Shown here piece by piece: positions 40,365 through 51,315 of a stretch of 64,000 nt of DNA. A program made the position numbers and the translations under genes. The number at the start of each line of letters is the position of its first letter. The first letter of the stretch is position 1. The DNA comes from an uncultured cyanobacterium (GTDB lineage Bacteria > Cyanobacteriota > Cyanobacteriia > Cyanobacteriales > CAWUOF01), in assembly GCA_963744145.1 (NCBI GenBank), contig CAVUSO010000001.1, positions 6,848,001-6,912,000 on the forward strand, written 5' to 3'. The notes below the pieces were generated by a model. The model was not told the origin of the DNA. It made no database searches and saw only the letters and a list, made by a program, of their open reading frames with translations.

Positions 40365-40658
40365 ATGGCTCATAAGAAAGGTACTGGTAGTACGCGTAAC
40401 GGTCGCGATTCTAATGCCCAGCGTTTAGGTGTAAAGCGTTTTGGTGGTCAAGTGGTACGAGCAGGTAATATCCTCGTCCGTCAACGTGGCACTAAATTTC
40501 ACCCAGGTCAGAATGTGGGAATTGGTAGCGATGATACCCTTTTTGCTTTGATTGATGGCATCGTCACTTTTGAAAGAAAAGGTAAAACTCGCAAAAAAGT
40601 CAGCGTTTATCCCCCTGTCACCACAGTTGACCCCACACCAGTAGCAGTGACAGCTTAA
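40365..40658 (+). CDS. rpmA: 50S ribosomal protein L27
   Basis: [24 protein letters not shown]. Confidence 0.97.
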   Translation: MAHKKGTGSTRNGRDSNAQRLGVKRFGGQVVRAGNILVRQRGTKFHPGQNVGIGSDDTLFALIDGIVTFERKGKTRKKVSVYPPVTTVDPTPVAVTA

Positions 40659-40665
40659 ATTTCTA

Positions 40666-40697
40666 AAAGCCTGCTTGAGCAGGCTTTGTTCTTTTTA
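40666..40697 (+). terminator. Intrinsic terminator after rpmA
   Basis: AAAGCCTGC-TTGA-GCAGGCTTT followed by a T-rich tract. Confidence 0.7.
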
Positions 40698-40736
40698 TTA
40701 TTTGCCGTGATTTTTACAGGAAGTTAAAGTAAAACC

Positions 40737-41720
40737 ATGTTTCCAATTCAGCGTGCTGGTCGTTTACATACCCATCCTCAGTTACGTCGGATGGTACGTG
40801 AAACAGTTCTCACTACCGCCGATTTAATCTATCCCTTGTTTGCTGTACCTGGTAATAGTATTGCCAAAGAAGTTAAATCGATGCCAGGAGTGTATCAACT
40901 TTCCGTAGATAAAATTGTTGAAGAAGCTAAAGAAGTTTATGATCTAGGCATACCTGGGATTATTTTATTTGGCATTCCTAGTGATAAAGATGTTGATGCA
41001 ACTGGGGCTTGGCACGATTGTGGCATTGTGCAACAAGCTGCTACCGCAGTCAAACAAGCAGTTCCCGATTTAATGGTGATTGCTGATACCTGTTTATGTG
41101 AATATACCAATCATGGTCATTGTGGGTACTTACAAGTTGGTGATTTAACTGGACGAGTATTAAATGACCCAACTTTAGAGTTATTAAAGAAAACGGCGGT
41201 ATCCCAGGTTAAAGCAGGTGCAGATATTATTGCACCTTCCGGGATGATGGATGGTTTTGTCCAGGCAATTCGGATCGGTTTAGATGAAGCTGGTTATGAA
41301 GATATACCCATTCTGTCCTACGCAGCTAAATATGCTTCTGCTTATTATGGACCGTTTCGGGATGCGGCAGATTCGGCACCCCAATTTGGCGATCGCCGCA
41401 CTTACCAAATGGACCCTGCTAATAGTCGGGAAGCTTTAAAAGAAATTGCTTTGGATGTGGCTGAAGGTGCTGATCTACTTATGGTTAAACCAGCACTAGC
41501 TTATATGGATATAATCTGGCAAGTTAAACAACTCACGAATTTACCAGTAGCCGCCTATAATGTTTCTGGCGAATATTCGATGGTTAAAGCTGCGGCCCTG
41601 AATGGCTGGATCGACGAAGAAAGAGTAGTTCTGGAAACTTTAATTGGTTTTAAACGTGCTGGTGCGGATCTGATTTTAACTTATCACGCTAAAGATGCTG
41701 CCCGTTGGTTATCCACCTAA
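40737..41720 (+). CDS. hemB: Porphobilinogen synthase (ALA dehydratase)
   Basis: [32 protein letters not shown] and YNVSGEY. Confidence 0.97.
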   Translation: MFPIQRAGRLHTHPQLRRMVRETVLTTADLIYPLFAVPGNSIAKEVKSMPGVYQLSVDKIVEEAKEVYDLGIPGIILFGIPSDKDVDATGAWHDCGIVQQAATAVKQAVPDLMVIADTCLCEYTNHGHCGYLQVGDLTGRVLNDPTLELLKKTAVSQVKAGADIIAPSGMMDGFVQAIRIGLDEAGYEDIPILSYAAKYASAYYGPFRDAADSAPQFGDRRTYQMDPANSREALKEIALDVAEGADLLMVKPALAYMDIIWQVKQLTNLPVAAYNVSGEYSMVKAAALNGWIDEERVVLETLIGFKRAGADLILTYHAKDAARWLST

Positions 41721-42100
41721 ACCAGAGCATCTTGCGATCGGTGGTTGCCAGTATTAATTTTGAGTATCTGATGCTGGCAACATCATGATCTATTCCGATC
41801 TTGTCCAACTAGCAAATGTCAGGAAATTTAGATAAAAAAGCTATGAAGAAATAGCAAGAAATTTAGAAAAGTTTTATATTAAAAATTAATCTCAAGGCAT
41901 TAGAATAAATCTGAAACGCGCTTACCAACTAAATAATAATAATCTAGTTTTTCGCTAGCAAAAGGCGGTAGCAGGTCAATCTAGGCTAGAGATTAGCTTT
42001 TTCGTCAGAAAAGCTAGGACGAGAAGAAACTTAAGACAAAGATCATCGTCTTCATGAAAAACAGTTAATAACTCAGTAGACAGATAAGGAAATCAATAAA

Positions 42101-42571
42101 ATGGATCATCGGAAAATTCAATTTTGCGATCGGGCTGCGGACATAGATCTCAACCAACTTAAAGAACTCTTTTACATCACAGCATTTTGGGGAAAAGATC
42201 GAAAAATTGAGGATTTAGCCATCGCGATCGCCAATTCGGAACCAGTGATTAGTGTGTGGGATGGAGACCGAATGATTGGATTTGCTCGTGCTACTTCCGA
42301 TGGGATCTATCGTGCTGCTATTTGGGATGTAATTATTCACCCAGACTATCAAGGTAGAGGATTGGGACGGAAATTAATACATACGGTTTTAAGTCATCCC
42401 AGGATGAGTAAAGTTGAGCGCATTTATTTAACGACAACTTATCAACAGCGCTTCTACGAACAGATTGGATTTGAATATAATTCTAGTACCACAATGGTAT
42501 TGTACAATAAACCCATTATCAGTCCACTTAATGTTCAGGCACCAGTAGTGGAAGCGAGCATTGCACCCTAG
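42101..42571 (+). CDS. GNAT N-acetyltransferase
   Basis: GFARATSDG..WDVIIHPDYQGRGLG..FYEQIGF. Confidence 0.9.
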   Translation: MDHRKIQFCDRAADIDLNQLKELFYITAFWGKDRKIEDLAIAIANSEPVISVWDGDRMIGFARATSDGIYRAAIWDVIIHPDYQGRGLGRKLIHTVLSHPRMSKVERIYLTTTYQQRFYEQIGFEYNSSTTMVLYNKPIISPLNVQAPVVEASIAP

Positions 42572-43367
42572 TAAAATTGGCTAATCCTTCCTTAGCAGGA
42601 ACATCTAGGAATTCTAAATGCCCATTCATCATTTCCAAAATGTTCTGGTTCATTAATAACATCATCCCTGGAGAGAGACGTAGTTTTTCGGGAAAATTTT
42701 CATCTAGAGGTGAAACAGATTTCAATAAATCTAAAGGCTCACTCCAGGGATTAACAGCACTTTCATCATCCAGCCAAATATAGGCTGTTTCAGTTGTCAA
42801 TGAGGAGGAAGCGGAAAGAGTAATTCCTCCTTCTTTCATGGGCACGATTGCTGTATCAATTAAACTGAGTAAAACTTGTTTCAGACGACGTGGTTCAGCC
42901 AACACATAAATATCAGGATCGGGGGATATTACCGTGAAGGGGATATTACGATTTGCTGCTAATAGATAGGTTAATTGATAAACTGTTTGGAAAATATTTG
43001 CCAATCCCACCGGCTGAATATCTACATTAACCGTACCATGTTCGGCTTTAGAAACATCAATAATTTCATCAAGCATATGCACCATTTTCAAAGCTGAAGC
43101 ATGGGCTTTAGCGACAAAGTCGCGTTCTTCGGCGGGATCATCGCATAAATCAGAAAGAATTAACTGATGAGCACCAATCAGTCCATTCAGGGGCGATCGT
43201 AACTCATGGGCAATCCGGGCCAAAAAACCTCCTTTAAACTGGCTCATCTGAGCAGCCATCTGGTAAGCAAGCTGGGTTTGTTTGAGTTTTTCCGTGAGAA
43301 TTTGCACTTCCTGATGCAAATCTGGGGAGATCACAGAGCGCTCACATTGTTCTTTTGACTGATTCAT
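42528..43367 (-). CDS. Histidine kinase-like protein (HisKA with degenerate HATPase)
   Basis: FLARIAHELRSPL H-box; N and G boxes poorly conserved. Confidence 0.75.
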   Translation of the reverse strand: MNQSKEQCERSVISPDLHQEVQILTEKLKQTQLAYQMAAQMSQFKGGFLARIAHELRSPLNGLIGAHQLILSDLCDDPAEERDFVAKAHASALKMVHMLDEIIDVSKAEHGTVNVDIQPVGLANIFQTVYQLTYLLAANRNIPFTVISPDPDIYVLAEPRRLKQVLLSLIDTAIVPMKEGGITLSASSSLTTETAYIWLDDESAVNPWSEPLDLLKSVSPLDENFPEKLRLSPGMMLLMNQNILEMMNGHLEFLDVPAKEGLANFTRVQCSLPLLVPEH

Positions 43368-43368
43368 G

Positions 43369-43986
43369 CTAATCATCTCCTGCGCCAATCTCTGCATCTG
43401 ATTCTAACTTTACTGTACCTGGTCGCAGAATGACAAAACCCTTTCCTGTCCATTGAGCTACGGTTGATGGTAGTCCTACTTCTTGGTTGATCTTTTCTGA
43501 TTCAGTAGTCGCTAAGGTAAACACCTCAGAAAATTCTGCGGCAATTTCTGCCATCGACAGCAAAGGAGGTTGACCACTGCGATTGGCACTTGTGGTCGCT
43601 AATGGACCAGTAGCCGCTAAAATCTGCTGGGCGATCGCTGATTTCGGCACCCTCACACCAATACTACCAGGAGTGAGGGGATTCATGGCTCGGGGCAAGC
43701 GATCGCTTGCTGGTAAAACCAAGGTCAAAGCTCCGGGCCAATATTTGTGAGTTAGCTCTTGCCAAAACTGCATTTCCGCTGCACTACCTTGAATATAAGG
43801 CCAAAGATCATCTGTTGCTGCTGCCATGAGAATTAATGGCTTATCGAGACTACGTTTTTTGGCTGCAAAAATTAATTGAGCCTGATCGGGGCGAACTGCT
43901 AAAGCTGGGACAGTATCGGTAGGAAAACTCACTAAAAATCCTGATTTAGCCTTCGCAATCAGTACATCTAGGAAAACTTGAGTCAT
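43369..43986 (-). CDS. tsaC: L-threonylcarbamoyladenylate synthase (Sua5/YrdC)
   Basis: FPTDTV, K.R..DKPL, WPGALT and TSANRSG. Confidence 0.92.
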   Translation of the reverse strand: MTQVFLDVLIAKAKSGFLVSFPTDTVPALAVRPDQAQLIFAAKKRSLDKPLILMAAATDDLWPYIQGSAAEMQFWQELTHKYWPGALTLVLPASDRLPRAMNPLTPGSIGVRVPKSAIAQQILAATGPLATTSANRSGQPPLLSMAEIAAEFSEVFTLATTESEKINQEVGLPSTVAQWTGKGFVILRPGTVKLESDAEIGAGDD

Positions 43987-44021
43987 CTGACAGGGAGTAA
44001 ATTACAGCAATAGATCGCAAT

Positions 44022-44912
44022 TTAAAGTTTGCGAGCGATCGCAAACCGCTCAATTCCAGCTAAATCCGGGAGGATTTTAATTTCACTATAGCTACCCTGA
44101 GCATGAAGTAAATCAGCCACGATTTGAGCTTGTCCAATCATCATTTCAATTAGCCAAACTCCACCGGATTGTAAATAAAGTGGTGCTGTAGTAATTAGAT
44201 GCCGAATACAGTCTAACCCATCCGGACCGCCATCAAGGGCCAGATGAGGTTCATGCTGACATACTTCCGGTGGCAAAGTGGGAATCATGGCGCTGGGAAT
44301 ATAGGGGGGGTTGGAGACTATCCCACTTAGTTTTCCCTTTAGGCAGTTGAGCGGTTCAAACCATGAACCCTGATAAAACTTAATTTGATTAGTAAATCCT
44401 AATTTTTCGGCATTTACTCGGGCAATGTCTAATGCCTGTTGACTGCAATCTATAGCATAAATTGTGGCATCTGTCAACGCTGCTGCTAATCCCAGAGCGA
44501 TCGCACCGCTTCCTGTACCCAGATCAGCCCAGGCTCCTGTCGGTCGATCGGCTACTTCTACTACTAAATCAATGAGAGACTCCGTTTCTGGACGGGGAAC
44601 TAGGACCGCCGGAGAAACCTTCAAAGAGAAATGACGCCAAGTCGTAGTACCGACCAGGTATTGGACTGGCCATCGGTCCTGCAAACGCTGTTGCCACAAC
44701 TGAGTTAAATGTTCTAAGGAAAACTGCAAATCAATCTGAGGATAGTTTTTAAAAGACTCTAAGCGCAAAGCTAATTTATCTAAACTAGAGACCGTTTGCA
44801 ATAACCAGTCTAATTCGTTCACAGACACATTAGCTGCGATCGCGGCTGTTTGGGCTTTTGTTCGCCATTGCCACAGTTCTAATCCTGAAACCACACTGAT
44901 TTTAGCCACCAT
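44022..44912 (-). CDS. prmC: Release factor glutamine methyltransferase
   Basis: VLVPRPETE, DLGTGSG, SNPPY and ALDGGPDGL. Confidence 0.95.
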   Translation of the reverse strand: MVAKISVVSGLELWQWRTKAQTAAIAANVSVNELDWLLQTVSSLDKLALRLESFKNYPQIDLQFSLEHLTQLWQQRLQDRWPVQYLVGTTTWRHFSLKVSPAVLVPRPETESLIDLVVEVADRPTGAWADLGTGSGAIALGLAAALTDATIYAIDCSQQALDIARVNAEKLGFTNQIKFYQGSWFEPLNCLKGKLSGIVSNPPYIPSAMIPTLPPEVCQHEPHLALDGGPDGLDCIRHLITTAPLYLQSGGVWLIEMMIGQAQIVADLLHAQGSYSEIKILPDLAGIERFAIARKL

Positions 44913-44963
44913 CCATGTTCAGCCCAGACTATTACTGATTAATTTTATTGACGACAATCACAG

Positions 44964-45818
44964 TTAATGCTGTACTGCCGGGGCTGGATTAAGATTAGGA
45001 GCTGAATTAGACGAGGCTGGATTAAGATTAGGAGCTGGGCTAGATGCAGAGGGTTGGAGACAATAAAACGGCTTTGTGGTGACACCAATTGAGCTTAACA
45101 CCTGACAGGAGGGCAATAATTCAATTTTGGCCAGTTGGGGGTTATCGTTACTGTATAATTGTTGTAAAATGCCTTCTAAAGGGACAACCTGAATATTAAC
45201 CGAGGTAACTAGGTCTGGTTGTTGCTTTTTCACCTGCTCTAGCAGATTTTGTAAATCTTCCTTGACAAAAAAGAAAGGAATAACTGACTCATTTCCTTTA
45301 GAAATGGTTAAAAAGCCTTTATTTGGACCAAAGTTAGCGACAAACAGGGGTACTCCAAAGTCTTTTGTGTTTACAGGGTTACCATTTATTTGGAGTAATT
45401 CTCCTGCTAATTTCATTTCCTGTTGCACCGGAATAAAGGAAAACGTTAATTTATCTGGTTTCTTTTGATTTTCTTCTGCTGATTTATAAATTTCGCCTAG
45501 GGAAATTAAGATTACGTGCATATCTTTCCCCAGGTCAGGATTTTTCTGTTTTAGTTGAGTTAAAAAATCCTCAGCATCTTGCTGACTGATAAAAACTCGA
45601 GTTATTTTGGCGGTTACATGAGTGTTTGGATCAGTAACTTCATGTATTGGTGACTCACCTTTGTCATTAACTATGGTAAATACTGGGACCCGGAGTTTTT
45701 CTAAAACTTGGTTATCTGGTAAAGCCAGGACAGGCATTATTCCCATCAAACCAGAACCAATCAGAGTTCCACCAATTAAACCTAAAGCCAAGCCCCAATT
45801 CCTAAAGGATTTCATCAT
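44964..45818 (-). CDS. Tic22 family periplasmic chaperone
   Basis: Signal peptide, LEKL.VPVFTI, GVPLF and IPFFF.KEDL; adjacent to prmC. Confidence 0.85.
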   Translation of the reverse strand: MMKSFRNWGLALGLIGGTLIGSGLMGIMPVLALPDNQVLEKLRVPVFTIVNDKGESPIHEVTDPNTHVTAKITRVFISQQDAEDFLTQLKQKNPDLGKDMHVILISLGEIYKSAEENQKKPDKLTFSFIPVQQEMKLAGELLQINGNPVNTKDFGVPLFVANFGPNKGFLTISKGNESVIPFFFVKEDLQNLLEQVKKQQPDLVTSVNIQVVPLEGILQQLYSNDNPQLAKIELLPSCQVLSSIGVTTKPFYCLQPSASSPAPNLNPASSNSAPNLNPAPAVQH

Positions 45819-46172
45819 AATTCCTGTGATTAATGCGGTTATCATGCTAGATAAATAACGAGACATTTTTTACGACTTTGATTTTGATAGTTGACTGAAA
45901 TTTTTTCAAGCAGGTACTGATGACTATATAGTAAGCTAAATTTTTACCTGCCTATGGTTGGTTAAGACTTGGCTAGATTGATAATAGTTCCCCCGCTTCT
46001 TGTCCAAAGGTGAGGACTGGGCAGAATGCTACCCCAATTATTTAAAGGCCAAGGATGTTCATTTAGTTAGGATCTTAACATGATCCTAAAGTTCTAATGA
46101 GGGTAATCAGATAGAAATTATACTTACTGGGCAAATGGGTTTTGGAGAGGAGGTAAAATTGGACAACTGAAA

Positions 46173-46246
46173 TCGGGATGACAGGATTCGAACCTGCGAC
46201 CCCCGCATCCCAAATGCGGTGCGCTACCAAACTGCGCTACATCCCG
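46173..46246 (-). tRNA. trnP: tRNA-Pro (UGG)
   Basis: CGGGATG acceptor stem, TAGCGCAGTTTGGTAGCGC D-arm, CCGCA-TTTGGGA-TGCGG anticodon arm, GGTTCGAATCC T-loop; CCA not encoded. Confidence 0.97.
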
Positions 46247-46515
46247 TGGCTCTTATTTATAGCCCATAAATTATGCACTTGTCAATCTTTTTTTTGATTT
46301 TCGTACAAATAATTTTGTTAAACCAAAAATTGGTTTAGGGGTGGAAGAGAGAAGAGATTGGACCGCTTTTACGCGATCGGGCGGATTCGGGTAAACCAGA
46401 AAGATAGTATGATCACTAAACTATGATATTGGTCAAACTGGGGATAGAGAGATAGACAGGCAATGCCGAGGTAATTGCCCGCCGGAAGTTAATCAAGCTG
46501 ACGAGATCAAAGAGA

Positions 46516-47067
46516 CTAGCTCGGATACCAAAACATCCCCTTAATCCCTTCGGGATCGGACATAAAACCCATACTGCGGTAAAAATCTACTACATGAGGG
46601 TCAGCAAATAGAGTAATGTTGCTGATGTCCTCACTGCGTAGTTTTTTAATCATCTGCTTCATCAGCGCTTTGCCCAAACCTTTCCCTTGAAAGTCTGGAT
46701 GGACTACAACATCCCAAATCGTAGCATTAAAAGCGTGGTCGGATGTGGCCCGAGAAAAACCAACGAGACGACGCTGAGTACCTCTAACTTCCCACATCGA
46801 AACTACAAGGAAACTATGCTGAATTGCTTTTTTTACTTTCCGCAACGGGCGTCGAGACCAACCGACGGCATCACAGAGTTCTTCGAGTTCATAGAGATCA
46901 ATATCCCGATCGGTACTAAAAAAGATGCGAGTAACACTACCCGTGCGATCGCCAAAAGTCTGATGCAGGGACTCATTAGTCCCTTCCCGCGGATAATCCC
47001 CAGAACGCGGTGTTTTAGGCGCTGAGGAAGTGTCAGAACCGCTAAAAAAACTTTTCCAAAAACCCAT
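46516..47067 (-). CDS. GNAT acetyltransferase, Ycf52/NSI-like
   Basis: [29 protein letters not shown] and PEGIKGMFW. Confidence 0.88.
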   Translation of the reverse strand: MGFWKSFFSGSDTSSAPKTPRSGDYPREGTNESLHQTFGDRTGSVTRIFFSTDRDIDLYELEELCDAVGWSRRPLRKVKKAIQHSFLVVSMWEVRGTQRRLVGFSRATSDHAFNATIWDVVVHPDFQGKGLGKALMKQMIKKLRSEDISNITLFADPHVVDFYRSMGFMSDPEGIKGMFWYPS

Positions 47068-47252
47068 GCAGGCGTGGTTAAGGTAGTAGAAGTTGGATAA
47101 ATGTACTAGCTAGTATATCTCCCATGACCGACCCAAGCGATTTTTCCCCTTGCTTAGATCAAACATATTTGTCAGCAAATTTACCTGAATTGGGTAGATC
47201 AGAGGACAGGACTCGATAGAAAATCTAGATAGCGAGATGAATAGACAAGAAA

Positions 47253-47356
47253 GCCAAAATAATTAGGACAGTCAAGATGCCAAAATAATTAGGACAGTCA
47301 AGATGCCAAAATAATTAGGACAGTCAAGATGCCAAAATAATTAGGACAGTCAAGAT
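47253..47356 (+). repeat. Tandem repeat, 4 x 26 bp, derived from a MITE/REP end
   Basis: GCCAAAATAATTAGGACAGTCAAGAT x4, preceded by TAGACAAGAAA and followed by GACTGTCCCAC; homologous to the left half of the element at 63299. Confidence 0.9.
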
Positions 47357-47431
47357 GACTGTCCCACACTGGGCACTTCAGAATTGGTCTCATCTGTGCT
47401 TTTAACCTGCAAGCGAGTTTCCCCCCCCAAT

Positions 47432-48157
47432 ATGGCTACGGGTTTAAAATCATCTACATTGGAACTCCTCAAGCGCTTTAATCGGGCGTTTCCTCAATTT
47501 TATGAGCAATTTGTTAGTAGTGAAATCCAATTACAAAACCTGAGATTAGCCTATCAGCTATATAAAACCAGGCAAGCTGTGATTGAACTCAAACCAGAGG
47601 GGAGTAAAAGTGCCCTCCATTTTGCTTACCGCAATCAATCTTTTCTGCTGAGTGATATTTTTGGCGTTTTAGCTGCTTATGGATTAACCATCCATAGTCT
47701 CAGTTTATATGGCCAAATTAACCCTCCCATGTTGGTATTTATCAAATTGATAGTTTCTCGTGGGGGTAAAACTCTCACCGACAAAACCGCAGAAAACGTT
47801 TGTCGGGCGATCCGGGAAGCATTGGCGGGACATTTTGAAGTTGAGGAAATGTTAGCGGTAGAATTTAACCTTGATGCTGGCTTAGAGGAGGTAGAAACTG
47901 AATTTTACGTTGATCCAGTTTTTCACCTACCAGCTTTATTAATTGAGGCCGATAACCAACCCGGTTTATTTTATAAAGTTATGTATGCGATCTGGCAAGA
48001 GGATTTATTAGTAGTAAATGCTAACTTGCTCGTCTGGCGAGGTAGAACTCGGTTAATTCTCTATTTGCTCGGTCCGAATGAAAGCTTAATTCCCGAATAT
48101 CTTGGTCAAAAAATTTCTGAAGGTATGCGACAGAGATTACTTGGTCGAAGATTTTAA
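47432..48157 (+). CDS. ACT-domain-like conserved cyanobacterial protein
   Basis: Two ACT-like segments (NQSFLLSDIFGVLAAYGL; ADNQPGLFYKV). Confidence 0.65.
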   Translation: MATGLKSSTLELLKRFNRAFPQFYEQFVSSEIQLQNLRLAYQLYKTRQAVIELKPEGSKSALHFAYRNQSFLLSDIFGVLAAYGLTIHSLSLYGQINPPMLVFIKLIVSRGGKTLTDKTAENVCRAIREALAGHFEVEEMLAVEFNLDAGLEEVETEFYVDPVFHLPALLIEADNQPGLFYKVMYAIWQEDLLVVNANLLVWRGRTRLILYLLGPNESLIPEYLGQKISEGMRQRLLGRRF

Positions 48158-48197
48158 TCGCAGCCAGGCCGATCACAGTTGGCGATATGATAAAGAT

Positions 48198-49115
48198 ATG
48201 GCAATGATCGTGATTCGGGGAGTTCCGCATACCTACGAGTTGACAGCAGCAACTGTTTCTGGCCAGGTTCTGGTTTTTATCCACGGCTGGCTGTTAAGTA
48301 GTCGCTATTGGCAACCTCTGCTAGAGAGATTGGCACCAGATTATCGGTGTTTAGTTTATGATTTGCGAGGGTTTGGTAATTCTCAACCTGACCAAAAACT
48401 GGCCTTCTCTCCGACCTGTACTTGGTCAAATTTAAGCTCAGATCCCATGGAACTGGTTGATTCAGATCAACCTACTCCTCGTTACACCCCCTCGGCTTAT
48501 GCTCAAGATTTGGCCATTTTGCTGGAGGCTTTGCAGATTTCTAGTGCTTGGCTAATTGGCCATTCCTTGGGTGGTAGTATCGCTTTGTGGGGAGCGTCTA
48601 AATTGCCGCAAGTAGTTAAAGGGGCTGTTTGTGTCAATTCTGGTGGTGGGATTTATCTGAAAGAAGAATTTGAGCGCTTTCGGACTATGGGGCAGAAGTT
48701 ATTAAAATTACGCCCACGTTGGCTGAGTCAAATGCCTTTTCTAAATCTCCTATTTACTAGAGATAGTGTAGCTCATCCGATCGCACGTCATTGGGGTCGT
48801 CAACGGGTGATTGATTTGGTGATGGCTCATCCAGAAGCAGCTTTAGGAACTTTGCTCGATTCCACCACAGAAACAGAAGTACATTTGTTACCCCAGTTGG
48901 TAGCGAAATTACAACAACCTGTTTATTTTATTGCTGGGGCAAACGATTCGGTAATGGAGCCGAAATATGTGCGACATTTGGCTAGTTTTCACCCCATGTT
49001 TCAATCTATTGGGGAAAATGTGATTGAAATTCCTAATTGTGGACATATGTCGATGGTAGAACAACCAGACGCTGTCGCTCAGGAAATTCGCCAGATTCTC
49101 GCTCAATATGATTAA
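48198..49115 (+). CDS. Alpha/beta hydrolase
   Basis: HGWLLS, YDLRGFG, GHSLGG and CGHMSM. Confidence 0.88.
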   Translation: MAMIVIRGVPHTYELTAATVSGQVLVFIHGWLLSSRYWQPLLERLAPDYRCLVYDLRGFGNSQPDQKLAFSPTCTWSNLSSDPMELVDSDQPTPRYTPSAYAQDLAILLEALQISSAWLIGHSLGGSIALWGASKLPQVVKGAVCVNSGGGIYLKEEFERFRTMGQKLLKLRPRWLSQMPFLNLLFTRDSVAHPIARHWGRQRVIDLVMAHPEAALGTLLDSTTETEVHLLPQLVAKLQQPVYFIAGANDSVMEPKYVRHLASFHPMFQSIGENVIEIPNCGHMSMVEQPDAVAQEIRQILAQYD

Positions 49116-50155
49116 GATTTGTATAGCTTCATGACATCTTCGATCGCCATCCGGGATTGAACTCCTAGAGTTAAAGGAGAAGTGTGTCCTCGTTCTAGAT
49201 GTTCAACCGCAGCACAAGCAATCATAGCTGCGTTGTCGGTGCAAAATTTTAGGGCTGGAAGTAAGATGCGAAAATGATTAGCTGTTCCTGCTGTTTGTAA
49301 ATGATTTCGCAAACTGCGGTTAGCTGCAACTCCTCCACCCACAGCAATGGTTTTGAGTCCATAATCACGGGCACAAGCGATCGCCCGACGGGTTAAGCTT
49401 TTGGCTACAGTATCCTGAAAACTAGCTGCTAGATCAGCAATAGGAAGTGGTTCTGTTGCTGTCGCTAATTTTTTGACTAATTTCAGGACTGCTGTTTTTA
49501 AACCACTAAAACTAGAATCATATCGATGATAACCACCACCAGGAAGGGAAACATTTCCTTCTGGTAAGGGAAAAGCACTACTATCACCAAGAGCCGCTAA
49601 TCGATCTATTTCTGGTCCACCTGGATATCCTAATTGTAACAAGCGGGCGACTTTATCAAATGCTTCTCCGGCTGCATCATCGCGGGTTTGACCTAGGGTT
49701 TCATAAACACCACATTCTTTAACATAAATCAAGCTCGTATGTCCGCCCGAAACCAATAAACACAGAAATGGTGGTTCTAACTCTGGATCGGTTAAATAAT
49801 TAGCATAAATATGTCCTTCCAGATGATGAACACCCAAAAATGGTTTTTGGTGCAACATAGCCAAACTTTTTCCTGCGGTGAGTCCGACTAATAAAGCTCC
49901 AACTAAACCTGGGGTACAGGTAGCAGCTACACCATCAATTTCTGTCCAACCAAGATCAGATTCAATTAATGCTTGGGCGATCGCATCATTAATTATTTCT
50001 AAATGGTGACGAGAAGCTACTTCTGGTACAACTCCTCCATACTGTCGATGTACCAAAATTTGGGAAGCTGTTACATTACTTAAAACTTTACGATTCTTAA
50101 CAAGAGCAACGCTAGTTTCGTCACAACTTGTTTCAATTGCTAAAACTGTTGTCAT
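49112..50155 (-). CDS. tsaD: tRNA N6-threonylcarbamoyltransferase
   Basis: IETSCDET, HHLEGH, VSGGHT, DDAAGEAFDK and TDNAAMI. Confidence 0.97.
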   Translation of the reverse strand: MTTVLAIETSCDETSVALVKNRKVLSNVTASQILVHRQYGGVVPEVASRHHLEIINDAIAQALIESDLGWTEIDGVAATCTPGLVGALLVGLTAGKSLAMLHQKPFLGVHHLEGHIYANYLTDPELEPPFLCLLVSGGHTSLIYVKECGVYETLGQTRDDAAGEAFDKVARLLQLGYPGGPEIDRLAALGDSSAFPLPEGNVSLPGGGYHRYDSSFSGLKTAVLKLVKKLATATEPLPIADLAASFQDTVAKSLTRRAIACARDYGLKTIAVGGGVAANRSLRNHLQTAGTANHFRILLPALKFCTDNAAMIACAAVEHLERGHTSPLTLGVQSRMAIEDVMKLYKS

Positions 50156-50494
50156 GCACTGATAATTTGATTAAATGAGTTAGTTAGTAGGGATATTAGC
50201 TTAAACTTATCTTTAGATAAGTTAACAGCAGCAATTTGATCTAAACTTTTCCCAAGGCTAATTGAAGAGCCTCCACCTAGTTCGTGTGACTAAACACGCA
50301 AGTGGTGAAGAACTTTGAGGAAAATTTTCTCCCCCAGTGGGATGATCAGGGCCAGTTAAAAAAACTTTGCGTTAGTCAAAGTTTTTTAGCGTAAATGAGC
50401 CAGTACAATTACTTTAAAGTTCCACAATCTAGGCTGCACGAGCAGCTTAATTGGATAGCAAACTTAGTGTTTCGTAACAAAAGGAAACAATTTC

Positions 50495-50992
50495 ATGCGC
50501 CGATTGTTTGCCCTGATTATTGCTCTTTTTCTGTGCTTCACTTTTGTCCCCTCGGCGTCAGCCACAGAGATTTCTGGTTTAGTACCTTGTCGGGAATCCG
50601 CAGCTTTCCAAGAAAGAGCTAAAGATGCTCGTCCTACTACCGCTGATCCAGACTCAGGTAAAAAACGGTTTGAGCGTTATGCTGATGCTCTTTGTGGTGC
50701 CGAAGGACTGCCTCATTTAATTGTGGATGGTCGTTTGAGCCATGCTGGTGATTTCCTAATTCCTAGCATTGCCTTCCTCTATATTACTGGTGCCATTGGT
50801 TGGGCTGGTCGGAGCTATTTACAGGCAATCAAAAAAGGTCCAGATCCAGAACAAAAGGAAATTATTCTGGATGTACCTTTAGCAGTTTCCAGCATGATTG
50901 GCGCTGCCGCTTGGCCTTTGGCCGCTTTAGGGGAACTTTCTAGTGGGAAATTAACAGCCGATGATCACGAAATCACTGTTTCGCCACGCTAG
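50495..50992 (+). CDS. psaF: Photosystem I subunit III
   Basis: [31 protein letters not shown] and ITVSPR. Confidence 0.96.
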   Translation: MRRLFALIIALFLCFTFVPSASATEISGLVPCRESAAFQERAKDARPTTADPDSGKKRFERYADALCGAEGLPHLIVDGRLSHAGDFLIPSIAFLYITGAIGWAGRSYLQAIKKGPDPEQKEIILDVPLAVSSMIGAAAWPLAALGELSSGKLTADDHEITVSPR

Positions 50993-51032
50993 TTGATTGC
51001 TCGCATAGTTGATTTAATTGGGAGAATTTCTC

Positions 51033-51161
51033 ATGCAATATTTCCTCAAATTTCTTTCTCTTTCGCCAGTAATCCTCTTTGTTTGGCTGTCGATTACAGC
51101 GGTGTGGTTAATTGTGTTTAACTACTATTTTCCCGATCTACTTTTTCATCCCTTACCCTAA
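51033..51161 (+). CDS. psaJ: Photosystem I subunit IX
   Basis: Not in the ORF track: MQYFLKFLSLSPVILFVWLSITAVWLIVFNYYFPDLLFHPLP, with GGAG RBS, directly after psaF. Confidence 0.93.
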   Translation: MQYFLKFLSLSPVILFVWLSITAVWLIVFNYYFPDLLFHPLP

Positions 51162-51315
51162 ATTTTGAAATTTTGCTTTCCGATCGCTCGGAAAAGTAAA
51201 AACCCGATCCGAATTGCTACAAGTATGGCGATCGAGCAAAAATTCCGTCCTAATCTTGATTTAGGGCGGTTCATTTCCAAACAGCCAATCAGCGTGTTAT
51301 TGATGGGAGAAAAAT

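Noticed and set aside
44980..45040. Short duplication (APNLNPA x2) at the Tic22 C-terminus
   Set aside because: Ordinary low-complexity tail duplication.
46173..46246. tRNA-Pro as an island integration site
   Set aside because: No duplicated tRNA 3' end or integrase seen, and the flanking genes are core.
47253..47356. Possible CRISPR array (26-bp repeats)
   Set aside because: Repeats are head-to-tail with no spacers, derive from a MITE end, and no cas genes are present.
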